Origin: Mobula hypostoma
Taxonomy: Eukaryota
Direction of reading: 5' to 3'
Length of the DNA: 64,000 nucleotides
NCBI RefSeq assembly: GCF_963921235.1
Contig: NC_086097.1
Coordinates: 242,360,001-242,424,000 of the forward strand
The notes below the pieces were generated by a model. It had not been told where the DNA came from. It ran no database searches and saw only the letters and a list, made by a program, of their open reading frames with translations. The translations under genes were made by a program, and so were the position numbers. How positions within the stretch are numbered: position 1 is the stretch's first letter; every line of letters starts with the position of its first letter. Below, piece after piece: positions 22,838 through 34,985 of this stretch.

Positions 22838-25800
22838 ATATAGAAACATAGAAAACCTACAGCTCAATACAGGCCCTTCGGCCCACAAAGTATTGCGGAA
22901 CATGTTGTGCCTACCTTAGAAATTAATAGACTTCCCCATAGCCCTGTATTTCCCTAAGCTTCATGTACCTATCCAGGAGTCTCTTAAAAGACCCTATCGT
23001 ATCCGCCTCCACCACCGACGCCGGTAGCCCATTCCACACACTCACCACTCTCTGTGTAAAAAACTTAACCCTGGCATCACCACCGTACCTACTCCCCAGC
23101 ACCTTAAACCTCTGTCCTCTTGTGGCAACCATTTCAGCCCTGGGAAAAAGGCCTCTGACTATTCACAAGATCAATACCTCTCATCATCTTATACACCTCT
23201 ATCAGGTCACCTCTCGTCCTCCGTCACTCCAAGGAGAAAAGGCTGAGTTCACTCAACCTGTTTTCATAAGGCATGCTCCCCAATCCAGACAACATCATTG
23301 TAAATCTCCTCTGCACCCTTACTATGGCTTCCACGTCCTTCCTGTAGTGAGGCGACCAGAACTGAGCACAGTACTCCAAATGGGGTCTAACCATAGTCCT
23401 ATATAGCTGCAACATTACGTCTCGGTTCCTAAATTCAATTCCACGGTTAATGAAGGCCAATACACCGTATGCCTTCTTAACCACAATGTCAACCTGCGCA
23501 GCTGCTTTGAGCGTCCTATGGACTCAGACCCCAAGACCCCTCTGATCCTCCACACTGCCAAGAGTCTTACCATTAATACTATATTCTGCCATCATATTTG
23601 ACCAACCAAAAAGAACCACTTCACACTTATCTGGGTTGAACTCCATCTACCTCTTCTCAGCCCAGCTTTGCATCCTGTCAATGTCCCGCTGTTACCTCTG
23701 ACAGCCCACAACACCTCTCATCATTTTATACACCTCTATCAGGTCACCTCTCATCCTTCGTCACTCCAAGGAGAATCCACAACACCTCCAACCTTTGAGT
23801 CATCAGCAAACTTACTAACCCATCCCTCCACTTCCTCATGCAGGTCATTTATAAAAATCACGAAGAGTAAGGGGTCCCAGAACAGATCCCTGAGGCACAC
23901 CACTGGTCACCGACCTCCATGCAGAATATGACCCGTCTACAACCTTTGCCTTCTGTGGGCAAGCCAGTTCTGGATCCACAAAGCAATGTCCTCTTGGATC
24001 CCGTGCCTCCTTACTTTCTCAATAAGCCTTGCATGGGGTACCTTATCAAATGCCTTGCTGAAGTTGTTGCCAAGGTCTTCTAGTACATCAGTCACTGAAA
24101 GCAAGCATGCAGGTACAGCGGACAGTGAAGAAAGCTAATGGAATGCTGGCCTTCATAACAAGGAGAATTGAGTATAGGAGCAAAGAGGTCCTTCTGCAGC
24201 TGTACAGGGCCCTGGTGAGACCACACCTGGAGTATTGTGTGCAGTTTTGGTCTCCAAATTTGAGGAAGGACATTCTTGCTATTGAAGGAGTGTAGCGTAG
24301 GTTCACAAGGTTAATTCCTGGGATGGCAGGACTGTCATATGTTGAAAGATTGGAGCGACTGGGCTTGTATACACTGGAATTTAGAAGGCTGAGAGGGGAT
24401 CTTATTGAAACATATAAGATCATTAAGGGATTGGACACACTGGAGGCAGGAAGCATGTTCCCACTGATGGGTGAGTCCAGAACCAGAGGCCACAGTTTAA
24501 GAATAAGGGGTAGGCCATTTAGAACAGAGTTGAAGAGAAACTTTTTCATCCAGAGAGTGGTGGATATATGGAACGCTCTGCCCCAGAAGGCTGTGGAGGC
24601 CAAGTCTCTGGATGCTTTCAAGAAAGAGATGGATAGAGCTCTTAAAGATAGTGGAATCAAAGGTTATGGGTATAAGGCAGGAACTGGATACTGATTGTGG
24701 ATGATCAGCCATGATCACAGTGAATGGTGGTGCTGGCTTGAAAGGCCAAATGGCCTACTCCTGCACCTATTGTCTATTGTCTATTGAAATCTATATACAC
24801 TACACCTACTGCTCTTCCTTCATCAGTGTGTTTAGTCACATCCTCAAAAAATTCAATCAGGCTTGTAAGGCACGACCTGCCTTTGACAAAACCATGCTGA
24901 CTTATTCCTAATCATATTATGCCTCTCCAAATGTTCATAAATCCTGCCTCTCAGGATCTTCTCCATCAACTTACCAAGCACTGAAGTAAGACTCACTGGT
25001 CTATAATTTCCTGGGCTATCTCTACTCCCTTTCTTGAATAAGGGAACAACATCTGCAATTCTCCGATCCTCCGGAACCTCTCCCGTTCCCATTGATGATT
25101 CAAAGATCATTGCCAGAGGTTCAGCAATCTCCTCCCTCGCCTCCCACAGTAGCCTGGGGTACATCTCATCGGGTCCTGGCGACTTATCTTACTTGATGCT
25201 TTCCAAAAGCTCCAGCACATCCTCTTTCTTAATATCTATATGCTCAAGCTTTTCAGTCCACTGCAAGTCTGCACTACGATCACCAAGATCCTTTTCCATA
25301 GTGAATACTGAAGTAAAGTATTCATTAAGTACCCCTGCTATTTCCTCCGGTTCCATACACACTTTCCCACTGTCACACTTGATAGATCCTATACTTTCAT
25401 GTCTTATCCTCTTGCTCTTCACATACTTGTGGAATGGGGGTTTCCTTAATCCTGCTCACCAAGGCCTTTTCATGGCCCCTTCTGGCTCTCCTAATTTCAT
25501 TCTTAAACTCCTTCCTTCTAGCCTTATAATCTTCTAGATCTCTATCATTACCTAGTTTTTTGAACCTTTCATAAGCTCTTCTTCTTGACTAGATTTATAA
25601 CAGCCTTTGTACACCATGGCTCCTCTACCCTACCATCCTTTCCCTGTCTCATTGGAATGTACCTATGCAGAACTCCACACAGATATCCCCTGAACATTTG
25701 TCACATTTGTTCCGTACTTTTCCCTGAGAACACCTCTTCCAAATTTGAGCTTCCAATTTCCTGCCTGATAGCCTCATAATTCCCGTTACTCCAATTAAAC

Positions 25801-25940
25801 ACTTTTCTAACTTGTCTGTTCCTATCCTTTCCAATGCTATCGTAAAGGAGATAGAATTATGATCACTCTCTCCAAAGTGCTCTCCCCCTGTGAGATCTGA
25901 CACCTGACCATGTTCATTTCCCAATACTGTATCAAGTATT
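22838..25940 (-). mobile_element. Long CR1 LINE (end of endonuclease domain, RT, 3' end), interrupted by another CR1
   Basis: ORFs 25649-25954 (EHFGESDHNSI.F), 24853-25164 (PLFKKGSRDSPGNYRPVSLTS), 23224-23484, 22923-23132. Confidence 0.94.
24082..24786 (+). mobile_element. Young CR1 3' fragment nested antisense in the long CR1; same subfamily as 20555-21487
   Basis: ORFs 24107-24295 and 24323-24694; (ctattgt)n tail; host sequence gccttgctgaa|..|aaatctatatacactac resumes after it. Confidence 0.94.
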
Positions 25941-26916
25941 ATACGATAAATCAAACTTGTGAAATGATTTTGGTTTTTAATTTGCGCACACAGTTATTGA
26001 TGAGTTTAAAATTGGGTAACAGTGGATAAAAGTGAATTGATTGTGGAATGATTGATTTGTCCTTCCTACTGTGTCTGTAATATAAATCAAGTCAAGTTTG
26101 TTGTTATTTCACTATATACATGCAGAACGTCAAACAAGACGTTTCTCCGGACCGGGGCGTAAAGCACAGTAGTACACATCACACACATGTCACACACAGT
26201 AACTTAGGAAAGTAAGGATAAAATCTACAGATGAATTACACATAAATAAACAAATTAAAGTGCATAAATTAGATTTTGTAAGACACAGAACAGATTAACC
26301 AGTGACACTTCGAATGCAATGTACCAGGAAGTTCAGAAGCCTAATGGCCTGAGGGAAGAAGCTGTTTCCCATCCTGACCGTTCTTGTCTTTATGCACCAA
26401 AGTCTCTGCCTGATGGTAGAAAGTCAAAGAGGATGCTGGATGGATGGGTGGGATCTTTGATGATGTAAAAGGCCCTGCTGTGCTTCTGTTGCTGAGACAG
26501 TTCCACACTTTGTCTGGGTTCCTTTTAGACACGTTCAATTGAAGTAGAAGAGTTGATGACAGAGTAGCAGCAGAATTGTGCTGCACATTCTCATTTACAA
26601 TCATAAATCAGCCTCTTGAAGATATAGTTTTAATATATCGTAATTACAAAGTCTTAGTGATTTTTGCTTCCATTGAAATGAGTAGTTTTTGGGATCTGAA
26701 GAAATTATCAAGGTTATGAAAGCACTTGAGATGATCATTGGCAGAAGATGATGTAGACAGGTTAGAAAATCTGTAACAGGGCTTTGGCTTGGAATTAGTA
26801 CCACAAGAATGATACAGATTCATTTATTTATCACGTACTAGATATCGAAACATGCAGTAACATGCTGTTTGCATTAACAACCAGCATATCCCAAGGCCAG
26901 TAAGTGCCATGCATTC

Positions 26917-27785
26917 GAAGTTCAAGTACATTTATTATCAAAGTAGGTATAAATTACAGGCAGCCGTAAAGCGAGAAACCCGGAAGAACCCAGTTTAAAA
27001 AAAGACCAGCGCCCAACGCGCAGGGAGAGACGGGGAGAAATCACAAATCACGCAAACAATGGCATTCCGAACCAAATTGAGTCCACAGACTCGAGGCCCG
27101 AAGCAGCTGGAGTAGGCCCACAGCCTCTTCTCAATTCATCACATGGTGGGGCAAATCGCCGAGAAGCCTGCAGATATGGAGCTTGGAGCAAGCGGAGCAG
27201 TCTCACAGCCTCGGCGCCGCGGAGGGAGGAGCAGATGTGGCAGAAGAACGAGCAGAATTGGCCCAACCCTCGTCTCCGGTCCCGACGTGCTGACTTTTCA
27301 GTCCATCTGGAACGTACCCCGCACAGGAGCCTAGGCCCCGCGGCATCAATACCCTGCCGCTGCATTCTGGCCTCTACTCGACCTTTCCAAATTGGCTTGG
27401 CGCTTAGATTGATCCAGCCTCGCTCCTAGTTAAGATGGATGCGCTCTGGAACTCTTCCGCTCTGACTCCTCTCCGATTTGCTCGGTCCAACTCCGATACC
27501 GTCTCGAACGGGCCTCGACCTTGCTCCGACCACTTCCGGTGCCATCTTAACATACCCACATTACTTGGCAGAGCAACACAGAATAGAGCAAGCAACAATA
27601 ACAAAACAAGCCCTGTTCCTCCCACCCACCCTGACTTTGGGTTTCCGATTGGCCTTTGGGTTTCAATTTCCAGTACCAAACCCCAATCTCGCTGATGACA
27701 GGGCCCTGAACGCCAGGCTCGAATTCCGTGCTCGCCGACTCACTGGCCCTTGTGCCTCCGTCTCACGGGGACATCTGACCCTGAC
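26917..27785 (-). mobile_element. Probable non-autonomous retroposon with GC-rich body and Rex1/L2-like tail
   Basis: Begins aagttcaagtacatttattatcaaagta, the reverse of the tactttgataataaa..ttgaactt tail seen at 2017-2047 and 62888-62916; CpG-rich; no recognisable protein. Confidence 0.5.
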
Positions 27786-27789
27786 ACCT

Positions 27790-28200
27790 GGAATATCCAA
27801 TCTGGAATATGCATCTCCAACAGGTCTCTGAACCGAAATTCCGTATCAGTGTGCGGTTGTTTCAAATGATCAGGCTGTACAACCAGATTGTCATCTTGCC
27901 ATTCTATTTTAAGGGTGGTCAGTGAAGGAAATTGTATAAACTCAGAATGTCCAATATTGCCGCTGAAAACTTTGCTTTCCAAGGAAAGTGGTAATAGCAT
28001 CCTTGCATGATAGGAGATTGCAGGTTTTTTCCTTGTAACTATTTTTTAATAAATATATCTGACCGGTTTTTCAAATATATCTTGACAGGTAAAATGCGTC
28101 AGACCAGGCAGTGGCAATATGTTCTCCATTGCTTATCACTTAGAAGTGCTACTATACTATCAAAAAAAAAGCAAATTGAACTTCCTTTCAAAATAAGATG
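27790..28200 (-). mobile_element. hAT (Charlie/SPIN-like) transposase remnant
   Basis: ORF 27740-28000: NIGHSEFIQFPSL..DHLKQPHTDTEFRFRDLLEMHIPDWI resembles the Charlie-type C-terminal region (F..FP.L..HL..L..D...RF.DL....P.W). Confidence 0.6.
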
Positions 28201-28657
28201 AGTATCAGGGATTTAATGGAAATTGTAGTGGTAGACAATGATACAGTGGGAGACATTACACATTCTCACCTCTCGGCAATTTAGCAGTTTCTGGCATATG
28301 ACCCCACTGCAGTACCTGCAGCCACGTTGCCACATTTTATAAGTATTATGACGCGCATGGGTCAGTGGAAGACAAACAGAACCAACCTCCTGCTGCAGAC
28401 TCGCTGATTGGCCTTACTGCAGACAGCCCTGCCCAATCTGCAGTGTGTGATTTGGGGGTGGATGTGCAGCGAGGATCAGTGGGCCATCCTGCAGGGTGTG
28501 AATGTTGATTGGGGGGGGGGAAATGTTGGGGTCAAGTAGCAGCAGAGATAATGATTAACATGTCATACTCCCCCCCCCCTCCCCCCCACCATGCACACAG
28601 GCTAAAGCGAGGGCTTCTCAACCTTTTTTACGCCGTGGACCTCGACCATTAACCAAG

Positions 28658-30090
28658 GGGTGGTGAATTTGTGGAATTGGTTGCCACGTGCACCTGTGGA
28701 GGCCAGGTCATTGGATGTACTTAAGACAGAGATTCTTGATTGGACACGGTATCAAAGGTTATGGGAAGAAGGCCAGGAACTGGGGTTGAGGAGGAGATAT
28801 GACAAATGTGCGGTTGTACATTTTGGAAGAAGAAATAATCGGGCAGATTATTATTTAGATGGGGAGAAAATTCAAAAATCGGAAGTGCAAAGGGACTTGG
28901 GGGTCCTCGTGCAGGATACCCTAAAGGTTAACCACCAAGTTGGATCGGTGGTAAGGAAAGCGAATGTTATGTTGGCATTCATTTCAAGAGGAATAGTGTA
29001 TAAGAGTAAGGAGGTGTTGATGAGGCTCTATGGGACATTAGTGAGACCTCATTTGGAATACTGTGTGCAGTTTTGGGCCCCCTATCTTAGAAAGGATGTA
29101 CTGATGTTGGAGAGAGTTCAGAGAAGATTTACGAGGATGATTCCTGGAATGCAGGGGCTAACATATGAGGAGCATCTGTCGGCTCTTGGACTGTATTCAT
29201 TAGAGTATAGAAGAATGAGAGGGGATCTCATAGAAACGTTTCGAATGTTGAAAGGGTTGGACAGAGTAGATGTGGAAAGGTTGTTTCCCTTGGTGGGTGA
29301 GTCCAGGACAAGAGGCCATAGTCTTAGAATTAGAGGGTACCCAGTTAAAACAGAGATGAGGGGAAATTTTTTTAGCCAGAGGGTCGTGGATTTCGTTGCC
29401 ACATACAGCTGTGGAGGCCCGATCATTGAGGGTGTTTAAGGAGGAGATTGACAGGTATCTAATTAGTCAGGGTATCAAGGGATATGGGGAAAAAGCCGGA
29501 AATTGGAACTAGATAGGTGAATAGTTTAGCTCATGGGGGAGCTGCGGAGCAGACTCAATGGGCCGAATGGCCTACTTCTGCTCCTTTGTCTTGTCTTGTG
29601 ATAACGATTGAACCTTCCTAACTAACGTTCCGTGTGGAACCTTGTCAAAGGCCTTACTGAAGTCCATATAGACAACATCCACTGTTTTACCCTCGTCAAC
29701 TTTCTTAGTAACCTCATCAAAAAATTCAATAAGATTTGTCAAACATGACCTTCCACGCACAAATCCATGTTGACTGTTCCTAATCAGACCCTGTCTATCC
29801 AGAGCTTCCAGCAGAAGTGGTTGAGGCAGGTTTGATGTTGTCGTTTAAAGTTAAATTGGATAGCTATATGGACAGGAAAGGAATGGAGGGTTATGGGCTG
29901 AGTGCAGGTCGGTGGGAATAGGATAGGGTAAGAGTTCGGCATGGACTAGAAGGGCCGAGATGGCCTGTTTCCGTGCTGTAATTGTTATATGGTTATAGAA
30001 AAAAAAGATCAGCTATGTTTGAATGGTGGAGCAGACTCGGTGGGCCAGGTGGCCTAATTCTGCTCCTATGTCTTATGGTCTTATGGTCCA
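28658..30090 (+). mobile_element. Stack of CR1 pieces: old tail (28658-28797, resuming at about 29997), young insert 28798-29600, inverted RT piece 29601-29800, third tail 29801-29996
   Basis: ORF 28660-29439 is a fusion of two CR1s; ORF 29572-29760 (-) RSCLTNL..DFSKAFDKVPH; three distinct tails. Confidence 0.88.
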
Positions 30091-30407
30091 TGGATCTCAG
30101 TTTGAGAATCCCTGAGCTAAATCACTTTGCTGCTTCGTTTGCATCATTACCCTATTTTTCCATCATTTCACTCAGGGTTCCAATGAAATTACATATATTC
30201 ATTTCTTTTTTATTAATGTAATTTAGTAATATTTCATTAAAACGGTAAAATTAATCACGGTCCATTCAGAAACTCCTGTATCCCTCCTGTTCTTCCTTTT
30301 CACTTGTGGCCCCTATGAAATCTGACATGGCCCCCTAATGGCCCCCTAGAAGGCCACGTGGCCTATGCTGAGGATCCTGATCCTGACCCTGGAACCTGGT
30401 GCAAGTT

Positions 30408-30910
30408 TCAGTATCAGAACTAGGTTTATTGCCACTGACAAATGTTGTAAAATTTGTTGCAGTACCACCCAGTACCTAAAAATTACTATGAACCATGATG
30501 AGGATATATTAAAAATAAATAAGTGGTTTGGAAAGGGAGGATAATAGTGAGGTTGTGTTCATGGACCATTCAGAAATCTGATGGCAGAGGGGAAGAAGCT
30601 GCTCCTAAATCGTTGAGTGTGTGTGTCTTCAGGCTCCTGAACCTCCCCACTGATAGTAGCAATGGTGAGAGGGCATGTCCCGGGTGGTGGGGTCCGTAAT
30701 GATGGATGCTGCCTTTTTGAGGCATCGCATTTTGAAGGTGTCCTGTATGTTGGGGAGGCTGACCCATGATGGAGCTGACTGAGTTTGCAACTTCCTGCAG
30801 CATTTTCTGATTCTGGGCCTCGCTGCCTCCATACCAGACGGTGATGCAACCAGTCAGAAGGTTCTCCTTGGCACATCCATAGAAACTTGCTGGAGTCCTT
30901 GGTGACGCTT
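30408..30910 (-). mobile_element. Rex1/Babar-like 3' fragment
   Basis: ORF 30570-30956: ENLLTGCITVWYGG..HPGHALSPLL.SV.RFRSLKT. Confidence 0.85.
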
Positions 30911-31119
30911 TAGCATCCACTGATTTTTGTGACATCAGATTTGCTCGTTTTGCCATCTACCTTCTCATCCAAGTCGTAAGACCATAAGACAAAGGAGCGG
31001 ATGTTGGCCATTCAGCCCATCGAGTCTGCTCCACCATTTTATGTTCTGTAAGCACAAGAAAGTCTACAGATGCTGGAAACCCAGAACAACACACACAAAA
31101 TGCTGGAGGAACTCCGCAG

Positions 31120-34100
31120 GTCAGAATTGGAATCGGGTTTAGTATCACAAGCATGTGTCATGAACTGTGCTAAATAGTTAAAAATAGTGCAAAAACAAAA
31201 ATAATTAAAAAGTGAGGTAGCGTTCATGGGTTCAATGTCCATTTTGAAATTGGATGGCAGAACGGAAGAATTTATTCCTGAATCATTGAGTGTGTGCCTT
31301 CAGGCTTCTGTACCATCCTTCCTGATGGTAACAATGAGAAGAGGGCATATCCTGGGTGATGGGGGTCTTTAATAACGGACGCCGCCTTTCTGAGGTACTG
31401 CTCCTTGAAGATGTCTTGGATATTACAGAGGCTAGTACCCATGATGGAGCTGACTAATTTTACAACTTTCTGTAGCTTCTTTCAGTCCTGTGCAGTAGCA
31501 ACCCCCCCCCCCCATACCAGACAGTGATGCAGCCAGACAGAATGCTCTCCGTGGTACATTTGTAGATATTTTCAAGTGTTTTAGCTGACAGACCAAATCT
31601 CCCCAAACTCCGAATGAAATATAGCATTTGTCTTGCCTTCTTTAAAGCTGCATCGATATGTTGGGCCCAGGTTAGATCTACAGAGGAATTGACAGGAACT
31701 TGCAATAGCCACACAGTCATGGGAATAGAGAGAGTAGAGCAGTGGGCCAGCACACAACCCTGAGATGCTGAGATGCGCCAGTGTTGATTGTCATCAAGGT
31801 AGAGATGTTATTACCAATCTGCACAGGTTGTGGTCTTCAGCTTAGGAAGTCAATGATCCAGTTGCAGAGGGAGGTATAGAGGACCAGGTTCTGTAGCTTT
31901 TTGATCAGGACTGCAGGAATGATGGTGTTAAACGCTGAGCTATAGTCAATGAACATCATTCTGACATGGGTATTTGGATTATGATTATGAAGACACGTAG
32001 TCCTCTTTTATTGTCAATTAGTAATGCATGGATTAAGAAATGATACATTATTTCCTCCGGTGTGATATCACAAAACACAGGACAAATCAAGACTGAAAAG
32101 ACTGACAAAACCACATAATTATAACATATAGTTACAACGGTGCAACAATATCATAACTTGATGAAGAAGTCCGTGAGCACAGTAAAGTTCAAAGTTTCTC
32201 AAATGTCCCACATCTCATGCAGACGGGAGAAGGAAGAAAAACTCCCCTGCCATGCCAACCACAGTCCGACTCTGAGTCATCCGAAAACTTCGAGCTCTGA
32301 TCAGCTCTCCGACACCGAGTACTGAGCGCCATCTCTGTCCGAGCGATTCGACCTCCTTCTCGGTCGCCAACAGCAGGCAAGGCCGGGGATTTTGAGGCCT
32401 TCCCTCCGAAAGATTCCTGACCACACAGTAATGACAGCAGCGAACGGGCGTTTCAGAAATTTCTCCAGATGTTCCTCTGTGCTTTCACGTCCATTCTCCA
32501 TCAAATCAGAATTGTCCACGGCCCCTATTTAACAGATACGATATCATTTTTCACCGGAGGGCTGAGCACACGCAGGCGCGCCGCCATCTTCTCCTACCGC
32601 CTGGTCCAGGTGATTAAGGACATTTGGAGAGCAAATAAGATCGCATCTCCTGTAGATCTGTTGAGGCGATAGGCAAATTGCAGCGGGTCCAGATCCTTGC
32701 TGAGTCAGGAGTGGATTCTGGCCATGACCAACCTCTCAAAGCATTTCATCCCCGTAGATATGAGTGCTACTGGATGATAGTCGATAAGGCAGCTCATGCT
32801 ACTCTTTTTGGGCACTAGTATAACTGTTGCCCCTTTGAGGCAGGTAGGAACTTCCGACTGTAGCAGTGAGAGATTGAAAATGCCTTTGAATTACACCTGC
32901 CAGTTCCTTGCACAGGTTTTCAAAGCCTCACCAGGTACTCTGTTGGGGCCTGATGCCTTGCAAGGGTTCACCCTCCTGAAAGACAGCCTGATGTCGGACT
33001 TCGAGACAGGGATCAGAGTCACCGACTGCAGCAAGGATCCTCACAGCTGTAGTTACGTTCTCCCTTTCAAAGGAAGCATAGAAGGCATTGAGCTCATCTG
33101 GTAGTGAAGCATCACTGCCATTCATGCTATTGGGTTTTGCTTTGTAGGAAATAATGTCTTGCAAACCCTGCCAGAGCCGATGTACATCTGATATCGCCTC
33201 CAACCTCGCTTGGAGTTGCCTCTTTGCTCTCGAAATAGCCCCCTGCAAGCCATACCTGGTTTTCTTGTACAGACCTGAGTCTCCAGATTTAAATGGCACA
33301 AATCCGGCCCTCAGCAGATGTCATACCTCCTGGTTCTTCCACGGCTTTTGGTTTGGAAATGCTCAAGTTTTTGGAGACACATACTCATCCACTCAGGTTT
33401 AAATGAAGTCAGTAACAACTGCAGCATACTCATCCAGATTCGAGGACGAATCCCTGAATACAGTCCAGTCCACCGATTCAAAGCAGTCCTGTAGACGCTC
33501 CTGTGCTTCCCTTGTCCAAACCTTCTTGGTCCTCACTGCTGGTGCTGCAGTCTTCAGCCTCTGCCGATACTCAGGGAGTAGAAGTACAGCCAGGTGATCA
33601 GACTTCCCGAAGTGAGGGCGTGGAATAGCACAGTAGGCATTCTTGATGGTGGTGTAACAGTGGTCCAGTGTGTTGTTTCCTCTGGTGCTACAAGTGATTT
33701 GTTGATGATAATTATTTCATGGCTTTTTCTATCTGGCCTGGTTAAAATCCCCCAGAATGATGGGGAAGGCATCACGAGGTGCTGCTTCATGTCTGTTGTT
33801 CCCATTGCTCAGATTGTCTAGAGCCTGTTTGAGGGAATGTACACTGCTACCAAAATGATCACTGAAATCTCCCGCAGCAGGAAAAATGGATAATACTTCA
33901 TTGCAAGGTATTCCAGGTCTGGACAGCGATATTGGGAAGTCGCTGACACATTTGTGCACTGAGGGGTGTTGATCATGAGGCACATACCTCCACCTCTGCT
34001 TTTGGGAGACTTAACAGTCCAATCCTGACTGTGTACAGTGAACCCGTCAATCTGAATTGCTGCATCCGGCATAGAAAGGGTTAACCAGGATTCCGTGAAA

Positions 34101-34450
34101 CGACGGAGGCAGGCGGTCCTAATGTCCCTCTGATACAGCACCCTAGCTCTGAGGTCAATGATTTTAATTACCCGAGATTGTATGTTTGCCAGCAAGATTG
34201 GGAGTCGAAAACTTTTTTTTTAAACGCTCTGGTAACTCTGAGTGACAGCCTCGTTTCCGCCAAGGTCTCCTTACGAGAATAGTACGGTCACACTTGGCAT
34301 TACTTCTGTCGGTTTTAAGCAGCGATAGATTGTTCAATCTCATTAAAACATCTTTATTAACGGTATGGACTTTGGATACCGTTGTGGTTCTCAGCAGTAG
34401 CGGGCTGAAACAGGAATATTTAATCGTATCCGTTGAGTTGCACTGCCACG
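31120..34450 (-). mobile_element. Near full-length but decayed Rex1/Babar-like LINE (endonuclease plus RT), split by the 31978-32602 insertion
   Basis: LANIQS..DLRAR..QRDIRTAC...FTESWL (33818-34195), IILGDFNQA (33729-33983), LWQGLQDI.SYK..LPDELNAFYA.FE (32928-33299), ESILSGCITVWYG (31460-31753). Confidence 0.9.
31978..32602 (-). mobile_element. ~600-bp non-coding retroposon, copy on the - strand
   Basis: Reverse complement of the 19276 family; ends cgcgccgccatcttctcc. Confidence 0.85.
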
Positions 34451-34464
34451 AATTTGTCCTTGAA

Positions 34465-34985
34465 GATGCTCAGAAGTCAGGCAGCATCTATGGAAATGAA
34501 TAAACAGTCGAAGTTCTCAGCCCAAAACATTCTTCAGAACTGGAAAGGAAGTGGGAAAACGCCAGGAAAAATAGGTGTGGGGAAGGGAAGGATGTTAGCT
34601 GAAAGGTGATAGGTGAAGCCAGGTGGGTGGGAAAGGTAAAGGGCTGGAGAAGAAGGAATCTGATCAGAGAGGAGAGTGGACCTTCAGAGAAAGGGAAGGA
34701 GGAGGTGAACCAGGAGGAGGTGAGAGGTAGGTGAGAAGAGGTAAAGAGGCAGAGTGGGGAATAGAAGAAGAGGGGAGGGGGAGATAATTTTTTTTAAAGG
34801 AAGGAGAAATCAATGTTCATGCCATCAGACTGGAGGCTACCCAGTGTTGCTCCTCCACCCTGATGGTGGCCTCATCTTGGCACAAGAGGACTGGCATGTC
34901 AGAATGGGAATCAGGATTAAAAAGTTTGGCCACCAGGAAGTTCCGCTTTTGCCGGAGTTGCCCGACGAAGCAGTCCCCCAATTTA
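34465..34985 (-). mobile_element. Penelope-like 3' fragment (GIY-YIG region and terminal repeat)
   Basis: LGDCF..VAKLFNPDSHSDM..CQDEATIRVEEQH (ORF 34817-35173). Confidence 0.82.

Noticed and set aside
28660..29439. 259-aa ORF with unusual domain order
   Set aside because: Chance in-frame fusion of two nested CR1 fragments.
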